The notes: generated by a model not told the origin, from the sequence alone. A DNA stretch of 64,000 bases from Deltaproteobacteria bacterium (GCA_026388335.1 JAPLJZ010000247.1:1233-65232), one strand, 5' to 3'; shown: positions 1 through 8,729, counted from the stretch's first letter. Made by a program: numbers and translations.

Positions 1-660
1 GATTACAAGGAGAAGAAAAAGCAACAGATAGAAAAGGCACTTGAATGGCTATGCGTCCCGAAAGGAGAGGATCGGCATATGCTCCTGAACGAGATAGATA
101 GGCTTCGGTTGCTCAAGGATCTGATTGCGCACATCGCAAAGATGGATGTTAAGGCTCAAGGCGATTTAGCCGTACATTGGATGAACACATTATCCAATCA
201 ACGACGCAGAAAAGAAGATGCTGACGAGGTACTGACAAGAATGGATCGAGTGTTGTACGCCACACCCGCCATGGAAACCTGGGCTGAAGGTAGGCTAATC
301 GGCACGGGCATGGAGATCAAACCCCTAGAAATGGCGATTGAATGGGCTCATATCACACACCAAGACCCGCGGTTAGCTAGTGCGTACGTTCGGGATATGC
401 AAAAGATAAAGAATCGATTACAGCTTCGCATCCGCCGCACCACCACGCCAGTAAGGAAATCCGGTATGCCCATACAGCCCCGGCCGCGCTATAAGATGAC
501 GCCTCGGCAACAAGCTAAGCGCAAAGCCGCGATAACCAAGAACCGACTAAAAAAAGCAGCCGAAGCCAAGGGTTGGGAAGATGCCGCAGCCGCCCACAAG
601 GAGGAGCAACGCAAGGAACAAGAACGGGACCAAACACCGACGCCCAGCCCCCTCTCCTAA
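1..660 (+). CDS. hypothetical protein, 5-prime partial, Lys/Arg/Glu-rich C-terminus
   Basis: Frame 1 is open from nt 1 to the stop at 658-660 (ORF track 79..660). No motif recognised. Confidence 0.4.
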   Translation, partial: DYKEKKKQQIEKALEWLCVPKGEDRHMLLNEIDRLRLLKDLIAHIAKMDVKAQGDLAVHWMNTLSNQRRRKEDADEVLTRMDRVLYATPAMETWAEGRLIGTGMEIKPLEMAIEWAHITHQDPRLASAYVRDMQKIKNRLQLRIRRTTTPVRKSGMPIQPRPRYKMTPRQQAKRKAAITKNRLKKAAEAKGWEDAAAAHKEEQRKEQERDQTPTPSPLS

Positions 661-1604
661 TAAGCCCGCCCCCTCCCCCTGATGAGCCTTGAAACTCGTT
701 GGGGCGGAGGCCCCCCCAGGCGTCGGAGGACTACGCGGAAAACCAGCTCAACCAATAGGCCCCAGGAACCCAGGCCCCACCCTAAAAGGCCAGCCTTTCC
801 CCCTACCTTCAGTTTGTCTTTCGTCCAGTTCCAGGCCCCCTTGACCCCGGCGCTGCCCTGACAATATTCCGTCGTCTGGCAATCCACCTGTAGATTCAGG
901 GAGTCCGCTCCCGCTTCGGTGTAACCGCTCCCCCCCATGGAGAGATAGTGAAAGGTCAGGGCCGGACCGATAGTCTAGGGACCAAACTGAAAATCATAAC
1001 CCGTCCCCCCATAAACCGTCGTCTGACCACCGGAAGGTTTCGCAGTGGCCGTCCGGTCAATCCCCGGAAAGATGATACGCCGGCTGTTATCAAGGCTGTT
1101 CCATCCGTAACCGGCCTGTCCGTCGATATAAAAGGCCTCACGGAAATAAGTTTTATAAATTCCCAATGTATAACCATCTAATTTTACCGTGCTTCCAGCG
1201 TCGTTGAGCCAGGACTTGGCCGCATTCATCCCAAACAGGACGCCACCGATAAACCGTTCCGAAAAGCGGTAGTCCGTCCCCAGGGTGAGGCCGCCATTCT
1301 TAAAATCCTAGCCCCGCTGCGCCACCGTATCCTTCTGGTCCCCCAGAACAATATTATCTCTACCCATGTCAATCTTCTACCCATATTGCAGATGAGAGAG
1401 CAAAGAAAAAATGAAATTGGTCGGTAATTGGTCAACAAAGCCCCAGCCTGTTTGATTCTGCAAGAGGGCAATAATCCCTCTAAAGTTTTTCCTCAAAATG
1501 CCGATTAAATAAACGCTACTATAATGAGCATCTGGAATGCAGACATTGCCGGTGGTGTTTAGAACATTGAAAACTAACAGCAATTTACCAATGGTAGCCA
1601 CCAC
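657..1604 (-). pseudogene. autotransporter beta-barrel domain remnant (5-prime truncated, three in-frame TAG codons)
   Basis: Track ORFs 1377..1604, 975..1229 and 657..938 share one frame. Joined they read ...DFKNGGLTLGTDYRFSERFIGGVLFGMNAAKSW...YIDGQAGYGWNS...GYDFQFGP*TIGPALTFHYLSMGGSGYTEAGADSLNLQVD, typical of autotransporter beta domains. In-frame TAGs lie at 975-977, 1308-1310 and 1377-1379. There is no passenger domain (TGA at 1611-1613), and the C-terminal ~60 aa do not look barrel-like. Confidence 0.6.
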
Positions 1605-1666
1605 GTTTCTTCATCGGCACCAGAATTTACAGGATTTTGGGTAGTTTTTTGAGGAGTCATTCACGT

Positions 1667-2083
1667 ATGTTTCGCCTATGCTTACATAAAATCTCAAGGC
1701 TGGTTTGCATCGGTCTCGTTTTTTCCCTGATCGGGTGCGCAGCGGTTGCTACGGATCGCAGAAAAGAGGGTTTCGACGCACTCCAGAAGGGATTTACCTC
1801 TGTGGCGGAAACGCCTGACCTTCACGAGGTCATTGTATTAAAAGAAGTAAAGATCCATATTGTGGGATCCCGTAAGCTGTTCAACTGGAATATAGCAGCA
1901 GCCTACGGCTCCCCTGTGGCCGCTTATGCCAATACCGACAATGAGATCTGGATTTTAGGCAAAATGGTCAAAGGGAAAGTCATCGTCAATCAGGCAATTC
2001 TCGGGCATGAATTGGAGCATCTCCTGAATTTCAAGGAAAACAGGGTCGCCAATCCGGATGAGTTGGATGCCCTGGGCATGTAA
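1667..2083 (+). CDS. small lipoprotein with HExxH motif (putative metallopeptidase-like)
   Basis: Signal peptide with lipobox (VFSLIGC) and an ILGHELEHLL motif. The track ORF starts at 1637; Met at 1667 gives a normal signal peptide. Confidence 0.5.
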   Translation: MFRLCLHKISRLVCIGLVFSLIGCAAVATDRRKEGFDALQKGFTSVAETPDLHEVIVLKEVKIHIVGSRKLFNWNIAAAYGSPVAAYANTDNEIWILGKMVKGKVIVNQAILGHELEHLLNFKENRVANPDELDALGM

Positions 2084-2086
2084 TTA

Positions 2087-2192
2087 CGATTCTAAATCAA
2101 AGATGAAATCAAGACGGTTAGGAAGCGGCGACGCAGACGTATATAGGAATATGTCGAGGAGCCGATAAAGATATCGCTTTGATTTAGAATCG
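2087..2192. repeat. perfect 16-bp inverted repeat (CGATTCTAAATCAAAG / CTTTGATTTAGAATCG) enclosing 74 bp
   Basis: Arms at 2087-2102 and 2177-2192 are exact reverse complements. The loop holds a second smaller hairpin (GACGTATAT..ATATGTC). Lies in the intergenic gap between the lipoprotein and PilZ genes. Confidence 0.7.
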
Positions 2193-2337
2193 AAATAATG
2201 CCGGTATCACTCACTATTCATATAGATCCAGTCTCTTCCATTCCTTCTTATCTCCCGTCACAATGTCATTGACTTGAGAGTATATTTCTTTTATGTTTCA
2301 GGTATAGTGTTTAAGTAAATGACAGTGGAGTTAATTT

Positions 2338-3174
2338 ATGAAGAAGAGACCTTTAGCCATCGTTCTCATCGCCCTGTTTTACATCCTCGAACCCTTCGGT
2401 ACTCTGGTGCAAGCCGCCTACATCAATAATATGCCCATATTTGGCAGCAGTGGTATCATATCCCATCTTCTCTGGTCTGACTGGATCATTCTTGCTCTTT
2501 TCCCGGTGGTTGGAGTGGGTATCTACATGATGAAGAAGTGGGGCTGGTACCTTTTCCTATGCTTCTCGGTTCTCCTCATTTCCTATAACCTTTTTGTTTA
2601 CAAATACATGAATCCCAATTACTCCCTGGAAACGGTTATGTTTTTTATCGTTATCACTACCGTCATCACGGCATACTTCCTGAGAAAGAGTGTTTACGCC
2701 CCCTATTTCAACCCGAGGCTCCGGTGGTGGGAAATTGCAACACGTTACAGGACGCCTTTGAATACCGTCCTTGTCGTAAAGAATGGCGCCATGCCCTGCC
2801 AAACCATCGACATCTCTGAAACAGGATGTTTTGTTGACCTTGAGGGAGATATTCCCATAGGCTCCAGTGTGATGATTGAGTTTCTCTGCGACGGCATTGA
2901 AATAAGCTGCATGGGCAAGGTTGTCAATAAGAGGTCCGGTGCAAATGAAAAATATCGTGGCTACGGTATCATATTCGAGGCAATGCCCCGTGAAGTGAAG
3001 AAAAAAATCAGGCAGCTTCTTTGGCACTTTGAGAGAATCGGGTTGGAAGATAGAACGGATTCTCCCTCCGAAAACAGAACATCCAAAGATCCTTCCTGGC
3101 AAGAATATACATTCATCAAACAAATGGAATTCAGGATGAAGGTCTATTTCAGAAGCGTTTTTAGTCAGAAATAA
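2338..3174 (+). CDS. multi-TM membrane protein with C-terminal PilZ-like domain
   Basis: N-terminal ~110 aa are hydrophobic helices. The C-terminal part carries DISETG (the D/NxSxxG PilZ motif) preceded by an Arg-rich segment PRLRWWEIATRYR. The canonical RRxxxR is not cleanly present. Confidence 0.7.
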   Translation: MKKRPLAIVLIALFYILEPFGTLVQAAYINNMPIFGSSGIISHLLWSDWIILALFPVVGVGIYMMKKWGWYLFLCFSVLLISYNLFVYKYMNPNYSLETVMFFIVITTVITAYFLRKSVYAPYFNPRLRWWEIATRYRTPLNTVLVVKNGAMPCQTIDISETGCFVDLEGDIPIGSSVMIEFLCDGIEISCMGKVVNKRSGANEKYRGYGIIFEAMPREVKKKIRQLLWHFERIGLEDRTDSPSENRTSKDPSWQEYTFIKQMEFRMKVYFRSVFSQK

Positions 3175-3216
3175 CGAACAGTATTGTATTCTCCCTCCGG
3201 GGGAGTTCCTTTGTCG

Positions 3217-3999
3217 TTAACGCCGGGAGAAAAAGTCGAAGAATGACTTTTTCTTCTTGAGAGGTATGGGTTCGGGGATATTCACGGACTCCCCCCGGAG
3301 GATCTGCGCAGGTACCTCGTATACCATACGATGTGCCGCCTTCGTGCCGATAACCTCCGTGGCTGCGGCCAGACCTTCGGAGAGTTTGGGCGTTCTCGTG
3401 TGCAGGCCGTGGGAATCGCTTACGAGCATATGAACCAGGCGATGCTCCAGGAGACGGAAAGAAAATTCGCGAATCTCCTCCGTATGCGAGTCGACAAGAC
3501 TTGACGCCGTCATTTGCGCCAAATAACCCATTTCGACCCATCGATAGAGTCGCGACGGCTCCTGACGGATAACGGAGTTACGTTCCACATGGCTAAGGAT
3601 GGGTTTGATGCGCCCCATCTCGAGACCCCAGAAAAACTCATCCAAATGATCGGGAAGGGATCCATCGGGCAGTTCGATAAGGGCATATTTGCCGCCGTCG
3701 TTGATAGTTAGCAGTTCTCCCGCCTTGATCCTTTCCGGCAAGGTGATGTCGAGGCGCAGCTCCGCCCCGGGATGAATTCGCAGTTCAATCTTAGCTGACG
3801 CCATCATCTTTCGGCTTTCATCGAGTTTATCGAGAACAATCGACCTCGTATTTTCGTACCTTCCCGAAACCCAGTGGGGCGTGCAGACCACATCGGTAAT
3901 ACCGTCAGCCACAGCCATGCGGGCCATGGACAGGGACTGCTCCCAGTCCGTCGCACCGTCGTCTAGGTTCGGAAGCATATGGCTGTGTAAGTCTATCAT
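3217..3999 (-). CDS. PHP-family protein-tyrosine phosphatase (CpsB/YwqE type)
   Basis: N-terminus MIDLHSHMLPNLDDGA...VVCTPHW is the hallmark of CpsB/CapC Mn-dependent Tyr phosphatases. Sits directly downstream of the BY-kinase. Confidence 0.85.
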   Translation of the reverse strand: MIDLHSHMLPNLDDGATDWEQSLSMARMAVADGITDVVCTPHWVSGRYENTRSIVLDKLDESRKMMASAKIELRIHPGAELRLDITLPERIKAGELLTINDGGKYALIELPDGSLPDHLDEFFWGLEMGRIKPILSHVERNSVIRQEPSRLYRWVEMGYLAQMTASSLVDSHTEEIREFSFRLLEHRLVHMLVSDSHGLHTRTPKLSEGLAAATEVIGTKAAHRMVYEVPAQILRGESVNIPEPIPLKKKKSFFDFFSRR

Positions 4000-4009
4000 G
4001 GCGGTTTCC

Positions 4010-6400
4010 TTATGCCTTTCTGGGCGCCTTTGGGTCCGCCTTGGCCGACTGAGACTTCTTTTTTCCAGGGAAAAAACGGCTCAGCAACGATCGCTTGGGA
4101 GCCATGCCCGGCTTAACAGCATCTTGTCCATAGTAAAGACGACTTTTCAAAGATCGCTTCGAGTGGACGTTCTTCCGCTTCTCCCCATCCTCGCCATAAT
4201 AGTAATAATAGTACTGGTAGTAATAGTAGCTATCCCGCCCCATCTGTACGCCGTTGAGGACGGCGCCCAGGATATGGGCATTGACGGACTTGAGTTGGGC
4301 CACACCGTTTTTGATGATCTCCCGGTGGGTAACCCCGGCGCGGATGACCACAACGACGCCGTCGACGAAGTTCGACAGGATTACGGCGTCCGTAACGGCC
4401 GTAATCGGCGGGGAATCAATGATGATCCGGTCGTAGGATTTGCGGGCCTCCTCAATGAGGGCCTGCATATGGCGAGACCCCAGGAGTTCCGACGGATTGG
4501 GGGGAATCGGTCCCGAGGCAATGATGTCGATATTGGGTACCTGCGTATGAATAACCGCCTCTTCCAGGGTAGCGTTGCCGACGAGGATGTTGGACATCCC
4601 CATGTCCCTGTCTGCGCCGAATAGTTTGTTCAACTTGGGGCGGCGCATATCACAGTCCATAATCAACACCTTGCTCCCCGTCTGGGCCATGGTCACGGCA
4701 ATATTGGCCGAGGTAATGGTCTTCCCTTCCCGGGGCCCGGAACTGCACACCATGATGACCTGCGGCGCCTGGTCGGCGGAAGAGAAGAGGAGGCTCGTGC
4801 GGATGCCGCGATAGGACTCGCTGGCCGTCGATTTGGGCGCCCTCAGGGAGATGAGATCATCCTGTGGTTCCCGCTCCTGCTCCCTGCCTTCGGCGTCCTG
4901 TTCGGACGCAATCGCCGGCACGGGGCCGAGATAGGGAATCTTCAGCAGCGATGTGATCTCTTCGGGCAGCTTAATGGTGTTGTCTATATATTCCAGAAAA
5001 AAGGCCAGACCGATGCCCATGGACAGGCCGACCACAATGGCCAGGAGGATATTCTGGGCCTTCTTTGGCTTCACCGGGGATTTCGGGATCTCCGCCGGGT
5101 CAACGATACGGATGTTCCCCGTCCGGATATCTTCCGTAAGGGAAGTCTCCTTGAACCGTTTGAGGAGCACGTCGAATATGTCACGGCTCATATCAGCTTC
5201 CCGTTTCAGGGCCGAATAGTTGGCGGCCTCCTGATTCATGCTCATGCTCTCGCCCTTTTGCTGACTCATAGCCCCCCGCAGGGATTGTTCCCGGGACAGG
5301 GCCACACGATATTCGTTCTGGAGGGCCGTGATTATCCGCTGGATCTCCCCTGCCTTACGTTCATTCAGGGTCTTCATCTCATTATTCAGGGCAATGATCT
5401 GGGGATGATTGGCGCCGTATCGCTTGGAAAGCTCGGAGAGTTTTTTGTATATCTCCACTTCCTGTCTTTTGATGTCCTGAATGAGGAGATTATTCAATAC
5501 TTCGGCTACGGACCCCATGGAATCGGGACTGCCCTCCATGGATTTTGCCTGGCGGAAACGGGTCTCCGCCTCCACCCGCTTCGATGTCGCTTCGACAACC
5601 TGATTATTCAATATCGCCAGCTTCTGGGCAGTGATGGATTCAACATTGCTGGAAAAGTCCGTCGTGATGCCTTTTGTTTCTTTGAAGCTCAAAAGTGCCG
5701 TTTCGGCCTTCTCCACCCGTATTTTCTCTTGTTCGATCTGCTGATTAAGCCAGGCCATGGCATCCTGCGTGGCTTTCACCTTCGACTGTAGCATCAAATC
5801 GATATAGGATCGGGCGACGGTGTTCGCAACCTGGGCGGCAAGAACCCTTTCTTTACTCTCAAAGCTGATATCGACGAGGCGGCTGTTCCGGATGGGGCTG
5901 ACGGTGATCCGACTGGCAACGACGCCGACCAGGGGCGAATACGGCTCCGCAATGCCCAAAATGCTCCCCGCCGGGACATTGATCGGCTGGCCCGTCTTCA
6001 GGAGGGAACCGATGTAGTCGACAGGGGAGAAGATCCAGTTCCATATCTCGCCCAGGACGCCCTGTCTGGGGTTGAACTCCTCGCTTTTCTCCAGGTTCAG
6101 GCGCTTGATGACCTCATTGGCCACGCCGCGTCCTTCCAGGATCTTGTACTGGGTCTGGTAGTAGTCGAGGCCGGAGGAATCGACGGACATGACCTCCTGG
6201 ATGGAGACGACCTTCGGATTCTCCTTTTCGATGATAATCCTCGTCGTGGCCCGGTAGATTGGTGTGGCCGTAAAGGAAAAGATGGTGACGCTGACAACGA
6301 TCACGGCAAAAACGGTCAAGATGGTCCACTGGTGTTTCAGAATAACCCGGATGTAGTCTTGAATATTGATATTTTTCTGACCGATTTCCATACGTTGCAA
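4010..6400 (-). CDS. polysaccharide co-polymerase / tyrosine autokinase (Wzc/GumC-like BY-kinase)
   Basis: N-terminal TM, long coiled periplasmic region and second TM. Walker A SSGPREGKT, Walker A-prime VLIMDCDMRRP, Walker B IIIDSPP. Tyr cluster SYYYYQYYYYYYG, followed by a ~60 aa basic tail. Confidence 0.9.
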   Translation of the reverse strand: MQRMEIGQKNINIQDYIRVILKHQWTILTVFAVIVVSVTIFSFTATPIYRATTRIIIEKENPKVVSIQEVMSVDSSGLDYYQTQYKILEGRGVANEVIKRLNLEKSEEFNPRQGVLGEIWNWIFSPVDYIGSLLKTGQPINVPAGSILGIAEPYSPLVGVVASRITVSPIRNSRLVDISFESKERVLAAQVANTVARSYIDLMLQSKVKATQDAMAWLNQQIEQEKIRVEKAETALLSFKETKGITTDFSSNVESITAQKLAILNNQVVEATSKRVEAETRFRQAKSMEGSPDSMGSVAEVLNNLLIQDIKRQEVEIYKKLSELSKRYGANHPQIIALNNEMKTLNERKAGEIQRIITALQNEYRVALSREQSLRGAMSQQKGESMSMNQEAANYSALKREADMSRDIFDVLLKRFKETSLTEDIRTGNIRIVDPAEIPKSPVKPKKAQNILLAIVVGLSMGIGLAFFLEYIDNTIKLPEEITSLLKIPYLGPVPAIASEQDAEGREQEREPQDDLISLRAPKSTASESYRGIRTSLLFSSADQAPQVIMVCSSGPREGKTITSANIAVTMAQTGSKVLIMDCDMRRPKLNKLFGADRDMGMSNILVGNATLEEAVIHTQVPNIDIIASGPIPPNPSELLGSRHMQALIEEARKSYDRIIIDSPPITAVTDAVILSNFVDGVVVVIRAGVTHREIIKNGVAQLKSVNAHILGAVLNGVQMGRDSYYYYQYYYYYYGEDGEKRKNVHSKRSLKSRLYYGQDAVKPGMAPKRSLLSRFFPGKKKSQSAKADPKAPRKA

Positions 6401-6408
6401 TGTGCTCC

Positions 6409-7524
6409 TTAGAAGAAACTCTCCGGTACGATGATCAGGTCATTGGGCCTGATGCTCATGGCCTGGGTCATCTTTCCGGACTGGGTAATGGCGTCCATTT
6501 TGACTTCAAATATTTTTTCGACGCCTTTTTCCACCCGGACAATCCGGGTCTTGTTCCGCGAGGCGATCCGGGTAAAGCCGCCGGCCATGCTGATGGCCTC
6601 GGCGATGGTAATTTCCTTCTTCGTAAAGGCGTAAGAACCCGGCGTTTTGACCTCGCCGATGATGTAGAAGTAATCGGCGGTCGGAATGTAGAGGACATCA
6701 TTTTCGGCGAGGAAGATATTGGCATTCTGGTCCCGTCCCTTCAGGAGCCCCTGGAGATCAAAGTTGATGATGATCTTTTTTTCATCGGGTTTTCCGGGGT
6801 TAATGGTGCGGATGATCATCCCCTCCAGGGCCTGTGATTCATCCCTTGCTCCTGTCGAACCCTTTGCGGCTGCCGACGCCAGACCTCCCGCCTTGGAAAT
6901 GCCGTCCAGGACCCGTTCGCGGGCCTGGAGGGGGTAAAGACCGGGGGTAAAGACAGCGCCCAGGACAGAAAACTTCCGTCCCTCATATTTAACGACCATA
7001 ACCGACACATGGGCATCGAGAAGATATTCCTTTTCCGCCAGCATTTTCGCGATAAGGCGTTCAACCTCCGTCGTGGTCAAGTCGACGACCTTCACCCGGC
7101 CGATGAGGGGAAAGGTGATATCTCCTTCGGCCGTAACCCGGACGTTCTCCCGGGAGAGATCCTTTTCCTCATAGACGATGACGCTCAGGACATCGTATCC
7201 CCCGATCCGGTAATCGCTGATCGCATCTTTCGCATCGGGATATTTGGCCAGATACTCGGAAACGCTCATGGAAGCGCTCTTTTGGAGGAGGTCGGAAATG
7301 GTGTTTGTGCCCGGGTCCTTGGCGACAACCGTCTTTTTGTACTCCTCGAATTTGGCCAGATCGGCCTTCTTCAGTTCCAGGGCCTTCATGGCTTGGGCGG
7401 AATCGCTGACCTCCGTAACCGTCACCACGTTTCCGCCTAAGGCACAGGCGGAAAGGACAAGACAGCAGAGGAGCACAAAAGCCAGCTTTTTCAAGGAGAA
7501 ATTATTGTCTATCATCAAGTTCAT
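6409..7524 (-). CDS. Wza-like polysaccharide export protein (Poly_export + SLBB)
   Basis: Signal peptide with Cys (LVLSAC). YRIGGYDVLSVIVYEE...ITFPLIGRVKVVDLTTTEVE matches the Poly_export signature. A repeated SLBB-like segment follows. Confidence 0.85.
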   Translation of the reverse strand: MNLMIDNNFSLKKLAFVLLCCLVLSACALGGNVVTVTEVSDSAQAMKALELKKADLAKFEEYKKTVVAKDPGTNTISDLLQKSASMSVSEYLAKYPDAKDAISDYRIGGYDVLSVIVYEEKDLSRENVRVTAEGDITFPLIGRVKVVDLTTTEVERLIAKMLAEKEYLLDAHVSVMVVKYEGRKFSVLGAVFTPGLYPLQARERVLDGISKAGGLASAAAKGSTGARDESQALEGMIIRTINPGKPDEKKIIINFDLQGLLKGRDQNANIFLAENDVLYIPTADYFYIIGEVKTPGSYAFTKKEITIAEAISMAGGFTRIASRNKTRIVRVEKGVEKIFEVKMDAITQSGKMTQAMSIRPNDLIIVPESFF

Positions 7525-7630
7525 TACCGTTTATTAGCCTTCTTCATGTTTCGTTGTGCCCGCTTCGGCATGGGTGCTAGTTGCAATCGTCTCTAATACA
7601 GTTGACCTCAAATTGCAAAGAAATTGTGTT

Positions 7631-7677
7631 CATCAAAAGACATGGATACAACTCCCGGGGGGCTGTATCCATGTCTT
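7631..7677 (-). terminator. Rho-independent terminator after FecR-like paralog 1
   Basis: 14-bp perfect stem AAGACATGGATACA (7637-7650) / TGTATCCATGTCTT (7664-7677) with a GC-rich interior. On the minus strand it is followed by TTTTGATG. Confidence 0.7.
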
Positions 7678-8725
7678 GACATGCAAAGTGATTTTGAGGT
7701 GTTGATTACTGCTTGGGCTCGCACGGCGGGCTTGGGCATATGGTCGTCGTTGACATCGATGACGTGGTTGATGTGGTTGATGTCGTGCTGGTCGATGTCG
7801 TACTGGCCGCAGTTACCGGTACCGTTGTGGGCGTGGTTGTGGGACGTACCGTAGTCGTCGTCACGGGGACCGTGACGCCTGCCTGCTGGGCGTTATTCGT
7901 GTCCCTGGCCAGATTACTCTGAGTCTGCGTGATAGCTGTTGCCAAGACTGTCGATGCCTGGCTGGCCTGGCTCGCAACTGTCGAATCCGGGTTGCTCTTC
8001 ATGATCGTGGCGACGTCCTGGGCCACCTGGAGGGATGCCAACCTGGCCTGGTCCTGCACCACCGGTTTCAACACCGTGGCCGGCGCTGCCTGGGCCTGGA
8101 CGGTCTGCTGGTAGGCCGCCTGCAGGGCCTGATAAACACTGCTCTTTTGCGCGGCGCTGATACCGGGGTTCTCGAAGAAGCCCCGGATGACATTGCCGAC
8201 CACGGCGGCGTCGCCGCTGTACATATTCAGGTAGGTTCTCACGTTATCGTAGCCGAAATCCCCATCGGACCCTTGCAGACGAGCCACTGCCGTCGGGGTC
8301 TGGAGATAGTTCTTCGTGTTGGAAGCGCCGGATTTAAACCAGATCTTGCCGACCATGCAGGTGATGCGCCGGGCTGTATAGGTCGTCTTGAACATCCAGA
8401 AGCCACTCTGTTCCTGGCGCTCCTGAAGCAGGATGTTCGCATAGGGATTAACCTTCATGACCGCCCCGTCGTTAAAGGTGACATTCACCTCGCCGTTCTG
8501 CGTGGCGATGCCATCCCCGTCGTTCAAGGGCATACCCGCCTTGGTCACCTTGGTGATGACCGCCCCCGATTGGATAATCGCGTCCCCCTTGAAGCCGGTA
8601 ATCTTGCCGATGGCCGCCGCTACGGGGGAAGCGTAGAGGAGGATCAGGCCGGCCATTAAAAACGTCACGACCAACAATGTTTTCTTATAAAGCGGTTGAT
8701 TTTCCATAGGACAATTCTCCCTCCC
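7637..8725 (-). repeat. direct-repeat copy 1 of a ~1.1 kb duplicated segment (gene plus RBS plus hairpin)
   Basis: Nucleotide-level similarity to 16067-17160 is visible by eye from the stop codon region (TTACTGCTTGGGCTCGCACGGCGGGCTTGGGCATATGG identical) through the RBS. Confidence 0.75.
7706..8707 (-). CDS. secreted FecR-domain-like protein with Ser/Thr-rich tail ending ICPSPPCEPKQ (paralog 1)
   Basis: Signal peptide ...LYASPVAAA. IGKITGFKGDAIIQSG...PLNDGDGIATQNGEVNVTFNDGAVMKV resembles the FecR fold. Thr/Ser tract at the C-terminus. The track ORF runs to 8740; MENQ at 8707 aligns with the paralog. Confidence 0.7.
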   Translation of the reverse strand: MENQPLYKKTLLVVTFLMAGLILLYASPVAAAIGKITGFKGDAIIQSGAVITKVTKAGMPLNDGDGIATQNGEVNVTFNDGAVMKVNPYANILLQERQEQSGFWMFKTTYTARRITCMVGKIWFKSGASNTKNYLQTPTAVARLQGSDGDFGYDNVRTYLNMYSGDAAVVGNVIRGFFENPGISAAQKSSVYQALQAAYQQTVQAQAAPATVLKPVVQDQARLASLQVAQDVATIMKSNPDSTVASQASQASTVLATAITQTQSNLARDTNNAQQAGVTVPVTTTTVRPTTTPTTVPVTAASTTSTSTTSTTSTTSSMSTTTICPSPPCEPKQ

Positions 8726-8729
8726 GTGC

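Noticed and set aside
657-1604. Amber (TAG) recoding or pyrrolysine in the autotransporter frame.
   Set aside because: The gene is 5-prime truncated and has a non-barrel C-terminus. TAG also serves as an ordinary stop for at least three good genes in this window (25580, 26744, 43591). No pyl genes are seen here.
2084-2337. c-di-GMP riboswitch upstream of the PilZ-like gene.
   Set aside because: An ACGCAG string is present. The GEMM-I/II hallmark elements (GGGCAAACC-type tetraloop/receptor pairs) are not recognisable by eye.
3175-3216. Terminator hairpin (CTCCC-TCCGG-GGGAG) between the convergent PilZ-like and phosphatase genes.
   Set aside because: The stem is only 5 bp with a weak, interrupted T-run. 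It is plausible but not supportable as a confident call.
7551-7620. Sigma-54 promoter (TGGGTGCTAGTTGCAA) and a TTGCAAT/ATTGCAA inverted repeat upstream of the Wza-like gene.
   Set aside because: The GG-to-GC spacing is 8-9 nt rather than 10. The element is oriented on the plus strand, away from the gene. The 7-bp inverted repeat alone is too short to call.
7713-7922. ORFs reading VVVDIDDVVDVVDVVLVDVV (also at 16140..16394).
   Set aside because: They are the antisense image of the Ser/Thr-rich tail codons of the FecR-like genes.
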